Translations under genes and position numbers: made by a program
Notes under the pieces: model-generated
The model's input: only the letters and a program-made list of their open reading frames with translations
What the model was told of the DNA's origin: nothing
Databases searched by the model: none
DNA from: Eledone cirrhosa
Lineage: Eukaryota
Direction: 5' to 3'
Assembly: GCA_964016885.1 (NCBI GenBank)
Contig: CAXHJY010001521.1
Coordinates: 62,001 to 126,000, forward strand
DNA length: 64,000 nt
Shown here: positions 46,671-63,874 of the stretch, one piece after another
Position numbering within the stretch: the first letter of the stretch is position 1
Layout of the letters: every line of letters begins with the position of its first letter

Positions 46671-47005
46671 GGGGGTGGGGGTGGAACTGGAGGAGGGGAC
46701 ACACAAGAAGGCCGTGTTCCCCCCGCCCTCGTTATTTTTTTTTCTCTTCAAACGCGTTACAATATATGCACATGTTATATTTGTCGCCCTTTATATATGT
46801 ATATATATATATAGGAAAATGTTTAACCCCGACGGCAGAGCTCAAGCTGTTTCGACAGCTATTGGTCTTTAATGCGAAGAAATAGCTATGATGGCTAGTA
46901 GACCACTGATGATGGATAGTCCTGGCTTCTATTTCTAATTCTTCATTTTAATTTGTATATCACATATGCAACAACACAGCACGCCATTTTTCATTCCTAT
47001 ATATG

Positions 47006-47074
<69 letters not shown>

Positions 47075-47235
47075 AGGGAGTGTAACGTGGAGTTACTGCA
47101 GGTTCACCCGGGTGAGCACTCGACGTTTAGGTTTACTTTAGTGTCGAGGGGTAGAGCTAGACAGAGTGTATTATAGTGAAATAAAACAAAGACAAGTGGT
47201 TACTCCTTCATTGCGTTTATTGGTTGGTGACGCGC

Positions 47236-47277
<42 letters not shown>

Positions 47278-47536
47278 TTTTATATATATATTTTTTTATA
47301 TCCAATTGAGTTCTTCACGCATGGTTAAAATTATTGAAAGAATTAATTGACGCGCGTGCATATTATTTTATTCTTTCATGTTTTGCGATGCTCTCCCCTT
47401 TCCGCTTGATGGCAGTGTGAGATTTCTCATTGAGACTGCTGGAATTTCAAATTTGGCGGTCATTCTAGCACGGAGGGGTACCATCGCTAAACATTAATAT
47501 CGGTAAGGTTTTTTTTATATCGATATTTGTCGGGCA

Positions 47537-47658
47537 TCCACTGATGATTTATAAGTGCCCACCTACATATATTCCTATGGACTATGTGTAGGCTTCTACA
47601 TAACCTGGACATTATTTTCCCAATTTGTAGAAAACTTATAATGAAACGATCGTTTGGA
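47537..47658 (+). ncRNA. Type I hammerhead motif with branched, enlarged loop 2
   Basis: tcca-CTGATGA(47541-47547)-tttataagt...acttataat-GAAA(47643-47646)-c-gatc-GTT-tgga. Confidence 0.65.
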
Positions 47659-47699
47659 AAGAGAGATGTATTTTAATTATGTCTCATATAAAATAATAC

Positions 47700-48002
47700 A
47701 ACTGGCTATCCGCAAAATACGTATAGTTAGCACCCCAAACGTATAATTGGGATTATACTAAGGTATATCCTAATGTTTGTTGAGTGAGACGGAAGCCGGT
47801 CGGAGTATTGCTTAAAGCTTTCTCTGTTAATGTATTTGATATATCTCACATGAAATGATACAGCCAATTATCCACACAATACAATATAGTTAGCACCCCA
47901 AACGTTTAATTGGGTATATACTCAGGTATTTCCTAATGTTTGTTGAGTGAGTTGGAATTTGGCCGGAGTATCGCTAATAGCTTTCTCCGTTTATGTATTT
48001 AT
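47700..48002. repeat. Diverged ~160-bp direct duplication
   Basis: tatagttagcaccccaaacgt...cctaatgtttgttgagtgag occurs at ~47722 and ~47885. Confidence 0.85.
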
Positions 48003-48029
48003 ATATATATATATAATATATATATATTT

Positions 48030-48705
48030 TTGAAGAACTCAGAGCTGTACGGGAGCCTCCCAAAAGTCTGCTCAAGGGTAGCACAGAGGAGACTGAGGTT
48101 AGCTTGACATGCTCACCGACATCCAGAGTTGACACTGCACTCAGTGGTCCTGTGGGAGCCCCTACACAGGGACACTAGAAGAGGGAGACTGAGGTTAGCT
48201 GGACATGCTCACCGACATCCAGAGTTGACACTGCACTCAGTGGTCCTGTGGGAGCCCCTACACAGGGACACTAGAAGAGGGAGACTGAGGTTAGCTGGAC
48301 ATGCTCACTGACATCCAGAGTTGACACTGCACTCAGTGGTCCTGTGGGAGCCCCTACACAGGGACACTAGAAGAGGGAGACTGAGGTTAGCTGGACATGC
48401 TCACTGACACACAGAGTTGATACTGCACTCAGTGGTCCTGTGGGAGCCCCTACACAGAGACACTAGAAGAGGGAGACTGGGGTTAGCTGGACATGCTCAC
48501 TGACACACAGAGTTGATACTGCACTAGGTGCTCCTGTGGGAGCCCCTACATGGACACAGTGGAAGAGGAAGACCAAGGTTAACGTATGTTGATGCTCTAA
48601 GGACAGACACTGGTCTGTTGGAAACGCAGGACATGGCAGCGGTGATGAGGGACAGAGACCGCTGGAGAGAACTCGTCCATAGAACTCGGGAATGTTACCC
48701 GCCCT
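48030..48705 (+). mobile_element. 3' end of an RTE-type LINE containing a 96-bp tandem expansion (~5 copies, 48088-48551)
   Basis: ELYGSLPKVCSRVAQRRLRLA.HAHRHPELTLHSVVLWEPLH...GRGRPRLTYVDALRTDTG...MRDRDRWRELV; units start at 48091, 48187, 48283, 48379 and 48475. Confidence 0.88.
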
Positions 48706-48818
48706 ATATAAATATATACGTATCAGTTATATATATGCCGTTGTCAAAAGCCATTTCTATAACAGCAACCATGTATTTCCCCACCACATACATAGATACA
48801 TATGTATCTATATATATG

Positions 48819-48867
<49 letters not shown>

Positions 48868-48879
48868 CATTCGTCCTTT

Positions 48880-48913
<34 letters not shown>

Positions 48914-48989
48914 TCGTCAACTATGAAATTTGTAGAAATTTGTTTTTTTTCTACAAATTTCATACTTGAGGACATATATATATATATAT

Positions 48990-49027
<38 letters not shown>

Positions 49028-49158
49028 ACATCGCCTCCTACCACCACCACTACAGAAATATACACGTGGACATCCGCCAAGTTTTTCAGCAGTAGTTACG
49101 GGCCCTTAATCAACCGCATACCACTTAATCTACTTAACATTCCACCATAGTATTTCTT

Positions 49159-50454
<1,296 letters not shown>

Positions 50455-50459
<5 letters not shown>

Positions 50460-50672
50460 GCGTGTGGCTGAGTGGTTAGAGAATTGGATTCGTAGTCTTG
50501 AGGTTGTGAGTTCGATTCCTGGACCGGGCGATGCGTTATGTCCTTGAGCAAGACACTTTATTTCACATTGCTCCTTCTACCTGGAGTTGCGACCGATACA
50601 TAGTATTAGCAACTGGAAAGACCGACGGAAACATTGTTTCCTCGGTCCGATTTGACGAAAGTCGATCGATCC
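50455..50672 (+). mobile_element. tRNA-derived CORE-like SINE
   Basis: A-box tggctgagtgg, B-box gagttcgattcc, centre ccttgagcaagacactttatttcacattgctcc. Confidence 0.88.
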
Positions 50673-50771
50673 TTTATATATATATATATCCCTTTATCTC
50701 TCTCTTTCAATCTCTCTTTCTTTTAATCTCTTTCTCTGACTCACTTTCACGTTCTCTCTCTCTCTTTCTCG

Positions 50772-50804
<33 letters not shown>

Positions 50805-50900
50805 GCAACAGGAGAGAGTGATGGGGTGAAAAGGAGAGAGAGAGAAAGAGAGGACTTTATTTAACGACCTCGAATGGCGGGATTTGAACACAGCGAGAAG

Positions 50901-50938
<38 letters not shown>

Positions 50939-51079
50939 TTAAATGACAAAGACAATGGGAAAAAAAGAACGCATAGACAGTCCCATCTCCTCAGTCAACC
51001 TCCTGAAATCACTATGGTTTCGGTCGGTTAAGGTCGATACCAACCCTATTCAAGTGCACATTTGAACACAACAAAAGAG

Positions 51080-52500
<1,421 letters not shown>

Positions 52501-52552
52501 TCCGTTGCTACCTGGGTGGCTATTCTACAGCAATCAATTGCCAGCAATTCTG

Positions 52553-52830
52553 ACCACCATCACCACCACCATTGCCATCACTACCACCACCACCACCACC
52601 ACCACCACCACCATACCACCATCACTACCACCACCACCACCACCACCACCACCACCACCACCACCACCATCACCATCACTACCACCACCATCACCATCAC
52701 CATACCACCATCACTACCACCACCACCACCACCACCACCACCACCATCACTACCACCACCACACCCACCACCACCACCACCACCACCACCACCATACCAC
52801 CATCACTACAAAAACCACCACCATCATCAA
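52553..52830. repeat. (CCA)n degenerate trinucleotide repeat
   Basis: Directly visible; similar tract at 42498-42613. Confidence 0.95.
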
Positions 52831-53355
52831 CACCTGAAATGATTCCTGCCACCACTGCATATCTACGCCCAGAACCACCCCACCACTCCACCACTGCACC
52901 CTCCTCCCTCACCCTACCAACTAGAACCCACACCCCGAATCTTCCCTCAAATTACACACACACAGTTGTTCGTCACTTTTAAAAAATCTTCACACCCAGG
53001 CATTGCTCGATAGCATTAATTCATAATTACTAATAATATTATATCGTGCAATGGCCATACTCGATAACAGCAGCCATTATATATTATGTAAGGCAAAGTT
53101 AATCCCGCCCAGGTTAACTTTGTCTTTCATCCTTAAGGGGTCGATTAAATAAAGTACCAGTAATGTACTGGGATAATTGCTGGCCTTGTGCCAAAAGTAG
53201 CAATTATATATTATACACACACACACACACACACACAGATATATATATATATATATCGATGAAATGCCTATGATAGTTGGAATATCACTGATGAAGGACA
53301 AACTTTTTCATATGTAACCCATTTGCAACTCCGCAGCGCCCTTATTATCATATTT

Positions 53356-53406
<51 letters not shown>

Positions 53407-53627
53407 AAAGTTCTATTTAAAATTGTTGGGATACAACAAGTAAATATTTTTATAACTGATATAAAGCACTCGACAAGTATTTGGAATAGATATACGATAT
53501 TAATAAATGGAAACTATATTTATAAAACCATATTTATTTCATTATACATATTTCAATTTGGTATCCCTGAAATATGTATAATGAAATAAATATGGTTTTA
53601 TAAATATAGTTTCCATTTATTAATATC

Positions 53628-53667
<40 letters not shown>

Positions 53668-54726
53668 ATAATAATAAATTTGAAGACTAAAATCCAAAGA
53701 GGGGTCGATAAGGATAAATATATATCAAATATATAAGAACCGTAGAGCAAATATTTATTAAAATAACAGATTAAAGTTTAAGCAAGGAATCGTTGCTTTC
53801 ACCCTTAACGGGATCTTCTGAAACTTGCCGTTAAGGGTGAAAGCCACGATTCTTTGCTTAAACTTTAATCTGTTATTTTAATAAATAAATTTAAAAAAAT
53901 ATATATATATATATAATTTCAGCGAGATCGAATTTCGGCAGTGGTCAAAATCAAAGCGAAACGCAATTTTCAAGATATGCGGTAAGCGCTCAATGGACTA
54001 AAAGAAGACCAGAGCAATAAACATAGGTTATAGAGGCCAAACAAACTGAAAACGGGGGTCAAGAAGCCATCAGCAACCGATGCCAAAAAAACGAAGCAAG
54101 CTAAACAGGTCAAACGAATATCAACATCATCATCATCGTTTAACGTCCATCTTCCACGCTAGCATGGGTTTAGACGGGAATTGTCCCACGTGAGGCAAGA
54201 TTGCTTGTCTTGCTCGTATAGGACTGTCTGGCGGGTTTTCTACGGCTGGATGCCCTTCCTAACACCAACCACGTTTACAGTGTGGACTGGGAGGTTTTTA
54301 CCGTGTTACCTACACGGCCACATTACAGCGTGGACTGTGTGTTTTTTTGTCGTGACACCTACACGACCTCATTTATTTAGGACTGGATGTTGTGATATTT
54401 CCAAAAGCGAATGAAACCCCATGGGGTAGAAACGTAATTTTGGTATGTTTATATACATTTTTTCTTCTAACTTTGATTTTATACCTAATTGTGTATGGTT
54501 GACGATATATTTAATCGATTTCCACGTGCTATTGGAAATGCTGGGTAAATATTCTATAGCTGTTGATCGCGAATAGATAGCTGTCGTTTATTTATCTATT
54601 ATTTCTTCATAGGTGTCTTTTAATCTTATAGCCTGGTTTAATTGGTCTGTTGTGTGGTTGATTATGCTGATTGGGAGAGGAAACGGTGTGTATATTTTAT
54701 CAAATGATTCTATGGACATACTTTAT

Positions 54727-54812
<86 letters not shown>

Positions 54813-54975
54813 CAAAGAGATAAAGGAAAGAGATATTTAATTTGCTGGTAATTCAACAAATTTATTTATAACAGATTTGAAGCACTCGACAAGTTTCCTG
54901 GAGTATAATCAATGATATTTATAAAACCATATTTATTTTATTCTATATATTTTGTATTTTATTATATAAATTTTG

Positions 54976-55038
54976 TATTTTACCTGATGAGGGCGTACCA
55001 AAGTTTTTTGGTACCCTTGAAATATATATAATAAAATA
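54976..55038 (+). ncRNA. Type I hammerhead ribozyme motif
   Basis: tattttac-CTGATGA(54984-54990)-gggcgtaccaaa..tttggtaccctt-GAAA(55019-55022)-t-atat-ATA-ataaaata; one mismatch at the base of helix I. Confidence 0.68.
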
Positions 55039-55984
55039 AATATGGTTTTATAAATATAGTTTTCTATTTATTAATATCATTCATATATATATATATTTAT
55101 TTGTATATACATGCACACATAAACGTACGTACGTACATACATACAAACATACATATTTATATGCATACATACATACATACACACCTACATATATACATAC
55201 ATACATACACACCTACATATATACATATATACATACATACCTACATACACACCTACATAAATACATACATACATACATACATACTCACCTACATATATAC
55301 ATACATATCATTCATATATATATATGTATATACATGCACACATAAACGTACGTACATACAAACATACATATTTATATACATACATACATACATACATACA
55401 CACCTACATATATACATACATACCTACATATATACATATATACATATATACATACATACCTACATACACACCTACATAAATACATACATACATACATACA
55501 TACATACATACATACTCACCTACATACACACCTACATTCATACACACCTACATACACACACACATACATACATACATACACACATACATTCATACACACC
55601 TACATACATACACACACACATACATACATACATACATACACACATACACACATACCGTCACTACTGTGAATCACGCTGTGTTGGTGCTTATGTTAAATGT
55701 ACCCTATTCTAGAGAAGAGTAAGGATGACTTGTGTGTGTATGTATGTGTGTGGGGTGGGGGGTACTACTACTTCTAGGGTGGGGTGTGTGTATGTGTGTG
55801 GGGGGTACTGCTACGTCTAGGGTGGGGTGGGGTGGATGGGTGGGATGGGGGTGTATTCTGTTTATTTGCAAAAGTCCACTGTAATTACTTGTGGAGCACG
55901 TACGGTGTCTGTCTGTCTGCCTGACTGTCGGTCTGTCACTGCGTGTGTGTGTGTGTGTGTGTGGTTGTGTGGTTGTGTATGTGA

Positions 55985-57912
55985 GTGTGAGCGTCTGTCT
56001 GTGTGTGTGTGTGTGGTTGTATGTGTTCGTGTGGTTGTGTATGTGTGTGTGAGCGTCTGCCAGTGTGTGTATGTGAGAGCGTCTGTCAGTGTGTATATAA
56101 GCGTCTGTCAGTGTGTGTGTGTGTGAGCGTTTGTGTGTGTATGTGTGTCGGCGTCTGTCAGTGTGTATATAAGCGTCTGTCAGTGTGTGTGTGTGAGCGT
56201 TTGTCAGTGTGTGTGTGTGTGAGCGTCTGTCAGTGTGTGTATGTGAGAGCGTCTGCCAGTGTGTATATAAGCGTCTGTCAGTGTGTGTGTGTGTGAGCGT
56301 TTGTCAGTGTGTGTGTGTGTGTGTGTGTGAGCGTCTGTCAGTGTGTGTGTGTGTGAACGTCTGTCAGTGTGTGTGTGAACGTCTGTCAGTGTGTGTGTGT
56401 GAGCGTCTGTCAGTGTGTGTGTGTGTGAACGTCTGTCAGTGTGTGTGAACGTCTGTCAGTGTGTGTGAGCGTCTGTCAGTGTGTATATAAGCGTCTGTCA
56501 GTGTGTGTGAGAATGTCTGTCAGTGTGTGTGTGTGTGAGCGTCTGTCTGTGTGTGTGTGAGCGTTTGTCAGTGTGTGTGTGTGAGCGTCTGTCAGTGTGT
56601 GTGTGTGAGCGTCTGTCAGTGTGTGTGTGTGTGTGAGCGTCTGTCAGTGTGTGTGTGTGTGAACGTCTGTCAGTGTGTGTGTGTGTGAGCGTCTGTCAGT
56701 GTGTGTATGTGAGAGCGTCTGCCAGTGTGTATATAAGCGTCTGTCAGTGTGTGTGTGTGTGTGAGCGTTTGTCAGTGTGTGTGTGTGTGAGCGTCTGTCA
56801 GTGTGTGTGTGTGTGTGAACGTCTGTCAGTGTGTGTGTGTGTGAACGTCTGTCAGTGTGTGTGTGAGCGTCTGTCAGTGTGTGTGTGTGAACGTCTGTCA
56901 GTGTGTGTGTGAGCGTCTGTCAGTGTGTGTGTGAGAACGTCTGTCAGTGTGTGTGTGAGAACGTCTGTCAGTGTGTGTGTGGGCGTCTGTCAGTGTGTGT
57001 GTGTGTCTGTGTGTGTCAGTGTGAGCGTCTGTCAGTGTGTGTGTGTGTGAGCGTCTGTCAGTGTGTGTGTGTGGGCGTCTGTCAGTGTGTGTGTGGGCGT
57101 CTGTCAGTGTGTGTGTGTGTCAGTGTGTGTATGTCTGTGTGTCTGTCTCTGTCTGTCTGTGTGTGTGTGTGTGTGTGTCTATGTCTATGTGTCTGTGTGT
57201 ATGTGTCTGTCTGTGTGTGTCTATGTATCTATGTGTGTCTGTGTGTGTCTGTGTGTCTGTGTGTATGTGTGTGTCTGTCTATGTACCTATGTCTGTCTGT
57301 GTGTCTGTGTGTGTATATGTGTGTCTGTGTGTCTATGTGTGTATATGTGTGTCTGTGTGTGTATATGTATGTCTGTCTATGTACCTGTGTGTGTGTGTGT
57401 ATGTGTATCTGTGTGTGTCTGTGTGTGTGTGTGTCTGTGTCTGTATATGTGTATCTGTGTGTGTCTGTGTGTCTGTGTGTGTGTCTGTGTGTATATGTGT
57501 GTATATGTGTCTGTGTGTGTCTGTGTGTGTATATGTGTGTATATGTGTCTGTGTGTGTCTGTGTGTGTATATGTGTGTCTGTCTATGTACCTGTGTGTGT
57601 CTGTGTGTCTGTCTATGTACCTGTGTGTGTGTGTGTGTGTGTCTGTCTATGTACCATGTGTGTCTCTGTGTGTGTATATGTGTGTCTGTGTGTATATGTG
57701 AGTGTGTCTGTGAGTGTGTCTATGTGTGTGTCTGTGTGTGTGTCTGTCTATGTACCATGTGTGTCTCTGTGTGTGTATATGTGTGTCTGTGTGTATATGT
57801 GAGTGTGTCTGTGTGTGTGTCTGTGTGTGTGTCTGTGTGTGTGTCTGTGAGTGTGTCTGTGTGTGTGTCTGTGTGTGTGTCTGTGAGTGTGTCTGTGTGT
57901 GTGTCTGTGTGT
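55985..57912. repeat. Compound minisatellite agcgtctgtcagt + (GT)n, grading into degenerate (GT)n/(GTCT)n
   Basis: Fixed word repeated dozens of times between 55990 and 57125. Confidence 0.94.
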
Positions 57913-58125
57913 CGCCGCCATTTTAATGAAACATTGGCTCCGGCCATGGATGAAAGACCACCACCACAGAAATTGTCAAACGCTGCCTCACCCCCGCTCC
58001 ACCCCACCCTCCATCCTTATCCGACAACCCCCACACGCACCTCCCCACACCACACCAGCCCCACTCCCACACTCTCCACGACCCCCCCCCCCATCTCTCT
58101 CTCTCTGTTCGCGCGTGGAGGGTGT
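57910..58125 (-). promoter_or_regulatory. Candidate promoter: YY1-type motif and CCAAT box
   Basis: cgccgccatttt 57913-57924 (AAAATGGCGGCG on minus); attgg 57933-57937; C-rich/CpG flank to 58120. Confidence 0.45.
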
Positions 58126-58177
58126 ATATATAAGTATAAACATACTTCTGTTTGTGTGTGTATATATATATATATAT

Positions 58178-58261
<84 letters not shown>

Positions 58262-58328
58262 GTCTGTGTGTGTCTATATGTATATATATATTTATACACC
58301 CACACACATACATATGTATGTATATATA

Positions 58329-58372
<44 letters not shown>

Positions 58373-58467
58373 ATATATATACACACACATACATATGTAT
58401 GTATATATATATATATATATAAGTGTGTGTGTGTGTGTGTATGTATGTATATATATGTGCGTGTATG

Positions 58468-58505
<38 letters not shown>

Positions 58506-58541
58506 CACACATATATATACACACACAAACATATACATTTG

Positions 58542-58585
<44 letters not shown>

Positions 58586-58621
58586 CACACATATATATAC
58601 ACACACAAACATATACATTTG

Positions 58622-58665
<44 letters not shown>

Positions 58666-59644
58666 CACACATATATATACACACACAAACATATACATTT
58701 GTATGTATATATATATATATATATACACACACACATACATACATATACATGCAATCATACATAAACACACGTATATATATATAATATAATTAGAGAAGGA
58801 CAGAAAAGAAAGAGAGAGAGAAAGAAAGAAAGAATGAAACCAAAATGTCAAAGATTCTATGTTGATAAAAATGGCATATTTATAATTTCATGACGGGGTG
58901 TTGGACTTTAACTAAAACATACCCATATATATATATGTGTGTATGTGTGTGTGTGTGTGGATATATATATATATAACGAAGGAAATGTGGTAAGGAACCA
59001 GATGGACCATAACGCACCAAAGTACTCAATACTTAGCGTAGTAGAGTGGGTAATAGGAACGAGTAGAACCCCGACGGCTGCGCTCCAGAATTAGCCGTCG
59101 AAACGGCTTGAGCTCAGCCGTCGGGGTCCTACTTGTTCCTATATATATATATAGGTATTTAAATGTATTCTATTTTCTCCTAGTTTATTTTAAACCTAAT
59201 TCTGCTTAGTTGACTATATCTGGGCGATTACGCTGTCGAAATATTCGATAAATATTCCACTACGGCCGACGCGAAGCGCTAGTTTCGGTTATTTGTCGGA
59301 GATTCCTTCATAGAAGCCTCATTCTTATAGCCAAGTCTATTCGATTTTTTATATAGTTAATTATGCTAATTGGGAGAGGAAATAGTATATATTTTATCTT
59401 GTGATTCTATAGACATGTTTTATGATATATAGCTCTGATTGTTTAATTTATTAATTTTTCATTGAGCCACAAAGTGACCGGTTGCAAAACACGTATATGT
59501 ATATGTATATATATATGTAAACTTTTATATATATATATATGGGTATATGTAAATATAAAAGTGAATGGCCATCCAAAAAGGTTTAAATATGTATATACTT
59601 ATGTACATATGTATGTCTATGTATATGTGCATGTGTATGTATAT

Positions 59645-59988
59645 GCGCGGGGACATAGAAATAATCGGGTTCGATACTCGATCATGCCGTTAAACCACTG
59701 GGAGTGAAGGACCCCAGGGCATTCTTCTAAGAGAAGGCAACTCAGGAAACTGGGAAAACTCCGATATAAAACCTGCGGCTCAGTAGTTACCGATGATGTT
59801 GATCTTTTCTTCTTTTCGGGTTATAGCTACTGTCGCTCAGAGAGTGGGATTGGCTCAGTGCACAGTCTTTCCTCACTGTAAAAAAAATCTTCACGCACAG
59901 GCATTGCACGATAGAATTAATTGATAATTATCAATAATGTTACATCGTGCAATGGCCATACTCGATAACGAGGGAGCAGCCATCATGT
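59645..59988 (+). mobile_element. tRNA-headed SINE-like element
   Basis: B-box gggttcgatact near 59667; the 3' part aaaatcttcac.c.caggcattgc.cgatag...atcgtgcaatggccatactcgataac is repeated at 52975-53078 and 60470-60515. Confidence 0.65.
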
Positions 59989-60032
59989 ATGTAGGTATGT
60001 GCCATAAAGTGAGACCAATGGTTGACTAGCAG

Positions 60033-60224
60033 GCTGCTGTCGGGGATGCTGCTCATCATATCTGTGAGTCATGTGGAAAAGAAGGACTCAAACGATATGC
60101 AAAAGTACATGAAGTCCAACCAGAGCCAACTATTGCCAGTGAATGTTTTGGTTGCCAAATCTGTGCAAGACATTTTAGATCATTGGCTGGGCTAAAAAGC
60201 CACATTCGATTGCAGCACCGTTAA
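60033..60224 (+). pseudogene. C2H2 zinc-finger coding relic, probably a LINE (RTE-type) ORF C-terminus
   Basis: 63 open codons without a start: ...HICESCGKEGLKRYAKVH...FGCQICARHFRSLAGLKSHIRLQHR*. The second finger is intact; the first is internally deleted. Confidence 0.6.
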
Positions 60225-60431
60225 CTCTTCATATATGTATATATATCTTCATATATATATATATATATATATCTTTCAGAAGATCCCGTTAAGGGTGAAA
60301 GCAGCGATTCTTTGCTTAAACTTTAATCTGTTATTTTAATAAATATTTGCTCTAGGATTCTTATATATTTGATATATATTTATCCTTATCGAGCCCCTTT
60401 TGGATTTTAGTCTTCACATTTATTATTATTA

Positions 60432-60471
<40 letters not shown>

Positions 60472-61861
60472 CGTGCAATAGCCATACTCTATAACGAGGG
60501 GGCAGCCATCATGGATGTATGTCATTTCTCCAATATGGTCGACTGAATACACACGTACTTTTCACCAAAATATTTTTTTCCGTTTCTTCCTTTTCTCATT
60601 CTACATCATTCTATTTCATCTTTTATTTCTGATGAAAGACTAGTTTCCGAAACATAAAGACTCATTCCCTACTATATCAAGCGTTATACTAATATATATC
60701 TTCATTGTACTGTGTTGTTTGCTTTGTTGATTCTGTTTAATTTTTACATACATATATATGTGTTATGTATGTATGTATGTTCTTCTGGTTTTATAATTTC
60801 ACAAAATTTTGCCTATTTTTGCCGACAGAGAGTCGGTTTCTAACATAGACACAAGACTCTCTCATTGGAATTTACACAACATCACTAGGTAGATATGTAT
60901 GTATGTCTGCAAGTGTGTGCATGTGTATGTATGGATGTTATTGTATGTGTGGATGTGGATGTTTTGAGTTGTATATGTGCATGTGTATATGCTTTGTATC
61001 TGTACATGCGTATATGCAGTTATTAGATACAGAATTTTTGGAATGTTTTACATATTTTTACTGTTCCTTTAATGGATTGTACATGTAATTTCCTAACTAG
61101 TTGTGTTCTTTCTGTTCCTGTGAAGCCCAACTTCTCAAGATTTGAACTGAGGCAGTTACTAACATATCCCAGTGCCCCAATATACACAGACGTAAATCTG
61201 AATGTATATATGCATGTATGTATGTATGTATGTATGTATGTATATATGCATGTATGTATGTATGTATGTATGTATGTATGTATGTATGCAAGTTACTGTG
61301 TATGTATGTATGTATGTATGTATTTATGTATGTATTTATGTATGTATGTGTATCTATGTATGTAAGCATATGTATGTAGGTATGAATGTATGCATGTATA
61401 TATGTGTATGTACGTGCGTATTTTCGTATATATGTATCCAGGTGTAAAAGTATGTATGTTTAGATTGTGTTTATATGTATATATGTATGCATATATATAT
61501 ATGTGTGTGTGTGTGTGTGTATGTATTTATATATATGTTTGTATATATATGTTTGTATGTATATGTATGTATGTATGTATGTATATATATATGTGCATAT
61601 ATGTATGTGTATATATATATATATGCATTATATGTGTATGTATATATGTGTATGTATGTATATATGTATGTATATGTGTATGTATGTATATATATATGTA
61701 TGTATATGTGTATGTATGTATATATATGTATGTATATGTGTATGTATGTGTATATATGTATGTGTATGTATGTATATATGGGAATGTATGTGTATGTATG
61801 TATATATGTATATATGTATGTATATATGTATGTATATATGTATGTATATGTGTATGTATGT

Positions 61862-61923
<62 letters not shown>

Positions 61924-61961
61924 GTGTGTGTATAACATTAGCTGTATGGTTTACATTTCAG

Positions 61962-62066
61962 TAAATGGGTTATCATACGACAGTGCCCTCTGACGGTGAC
62001 GACAGCAGATCCAAGGCTGAAAATTGCAAGATATGATCAAGCAGGACTGACCTTGAGGAAGGGGAG
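61962..62066 (+). other. Candidate 105-nt plus-strand exon
   Basis: Acceptor tttacatttcAG (61960-61961) and perfect donor GAG|GTAAGT (62067); GC-richer than its flanks; one frame is open (KWVIIRQCPLTVTTADPRLKIARYDQAGLTLRKG). Confidence 0.4.
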
Positions 62067-62252
62067 GTAAGTGGTACTGTGTGGGTGTCTGATCACCACC
62101 ACAAGATGTCGCTTCCGTACTGTGGTATCAATGACACACTGAATGCTAATAAAATTGTATGGGTGATATTATTCCTGTATTTAATGTTGTAGCTTTTAAT
62201 GTTTGCACTTTATATAAATATGTGTGTGTGTATGTATATATATGTGTATATA

Positions 62253-62357
<105 letters not shown>

Positions 62358-62695
62358 TTGCTTAAACTTTAATCTGTACTAATAACAAATATTTATTCTA
62401 CGAGTTTATATATATATAAAGTATATATATATATATATATATATATAAAGTATATATATTTATAACAACAAAACATTTTTTTACAAAGTAGGGATTTCCG
62501 TATTAAATTGTACCGGTTTCAGCTTTATATGCTTTTTCAACGACGGAATGTATAGTGCAGTTAAATTGCATATTAATAATAAGAAGAATATGGAGAAAAA
62601 AAAATTAGTTTTTACATACATATTTAGGGAGGAAAGTTCATATTTTTGTCCGTAGTTTTCTTTCGTGTGTCTCTACATTCTATATATATATATAG

Positions 62696-62863
62696 GTTAA
62701 CGCTTGATATAGCAGGAAGAGAGTCTTAACGTTTCGGACGCTAGTCTTTCATCAGAAGAAAGAATGAGAAATAAGATAGATTGAGGGGACGGGCGGGTTG
62801 GAATTGGAAAAAATGTCTTTAGATAAAAAATAACAGGTCCATTCATGTTGACATCTCTTGGAA

Positions 62864-62925
<62 letters not shown>

Positions 62926-63310
62926 AAAAGAATACATTGATCTTTCGTTTTTGTTTTGAGCGGTGTTTGTTTCACATTTGAAAAGAGGAGTTTAGCCCTG
63001 AAATATCAAAATATCTTGTTGGTATATATTAGGTAAAACATTACTATGTTTTGTTTTAGTTGTCATCCTTTGTACTCTACATATTACGATCGCAAGAGAT
63101 GTCAACATGAATGGACCTGTTATCTTTATCTAAAGACATTTTTTTCTAATTCCATCCTGCCCATCTCAATCTATCTTATTTTTCATTCTTTCTTCTGATG
63201 AAGGACTAGCGTCAGAAACGTTAAGACCCCCTTCCTGCTATATCAAGCGTTAACCTAATATATACCTTCCATATACTGTACCGATTGTGTTGTTATTTCT
63301 GTTTCCCTTT
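62696..63310. mobile_element. Inverted pair of Penelope-like terminal repeats, each with a minimal hammerhead (62724-62759 minus; 63191-63226 plus)
   Basis: 62696-62860 is the reverse complement of 63093-63256; consensus tctt-CTGATGA-a-ggac tagc gtcc-GAAA-c-GTT-aaga. The tail ccttccatatactgtaccgattgtgttg also occurs at 7672 and 36192. Confidence 0.85.
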
Positions 63311-63547
63311 TATATTTTGTGTTGTTCACTTTCTAATTAAACAGCTCTGTTCTATACATAGAGCACCCTTTTTTCCTTTGTTTCTCCTTTGGAATTACCT
63401 AACACAGTAAAACATATATACATATTGAGAAATAAGCCAAACAAAACTAACTTTTCTATAAAAAAACCCGTATCGTTTAGCTGTATAACATTTTCACCTA
63501 TAATTATTTCCTTTCGTATTTGAAATCACATTAATTTATACTATATA

Positions 63548-63618
<71 letters not shown>

Positions 63619-63693
63619 GTGTGTGTATTTATTTATTTATTTACTATAAGGTGCCAGACAATTAAATTTCGCCTTTATTTATACACACACACA

Positions 63694-63745
<52 letters not shown>

Positions 63746-63842
63746 TATATACACACATACATTTATATATACATATATATACACACATATATATATAAAT
63801 ATTTGTATGTGTATATTTGTTCGTGTATATATATATACATAT

Positions 63843-63874
<32 letters not shown>

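Noticed and set aside
60273-60315. CAGAAGA-tccc gttaa gggt-GAAA hammerhead-like motif (also at 36435 and 53795)
   Set aside because: U4 is replaced in all copies and no convincing helix III/NUH/helix I can be formed.
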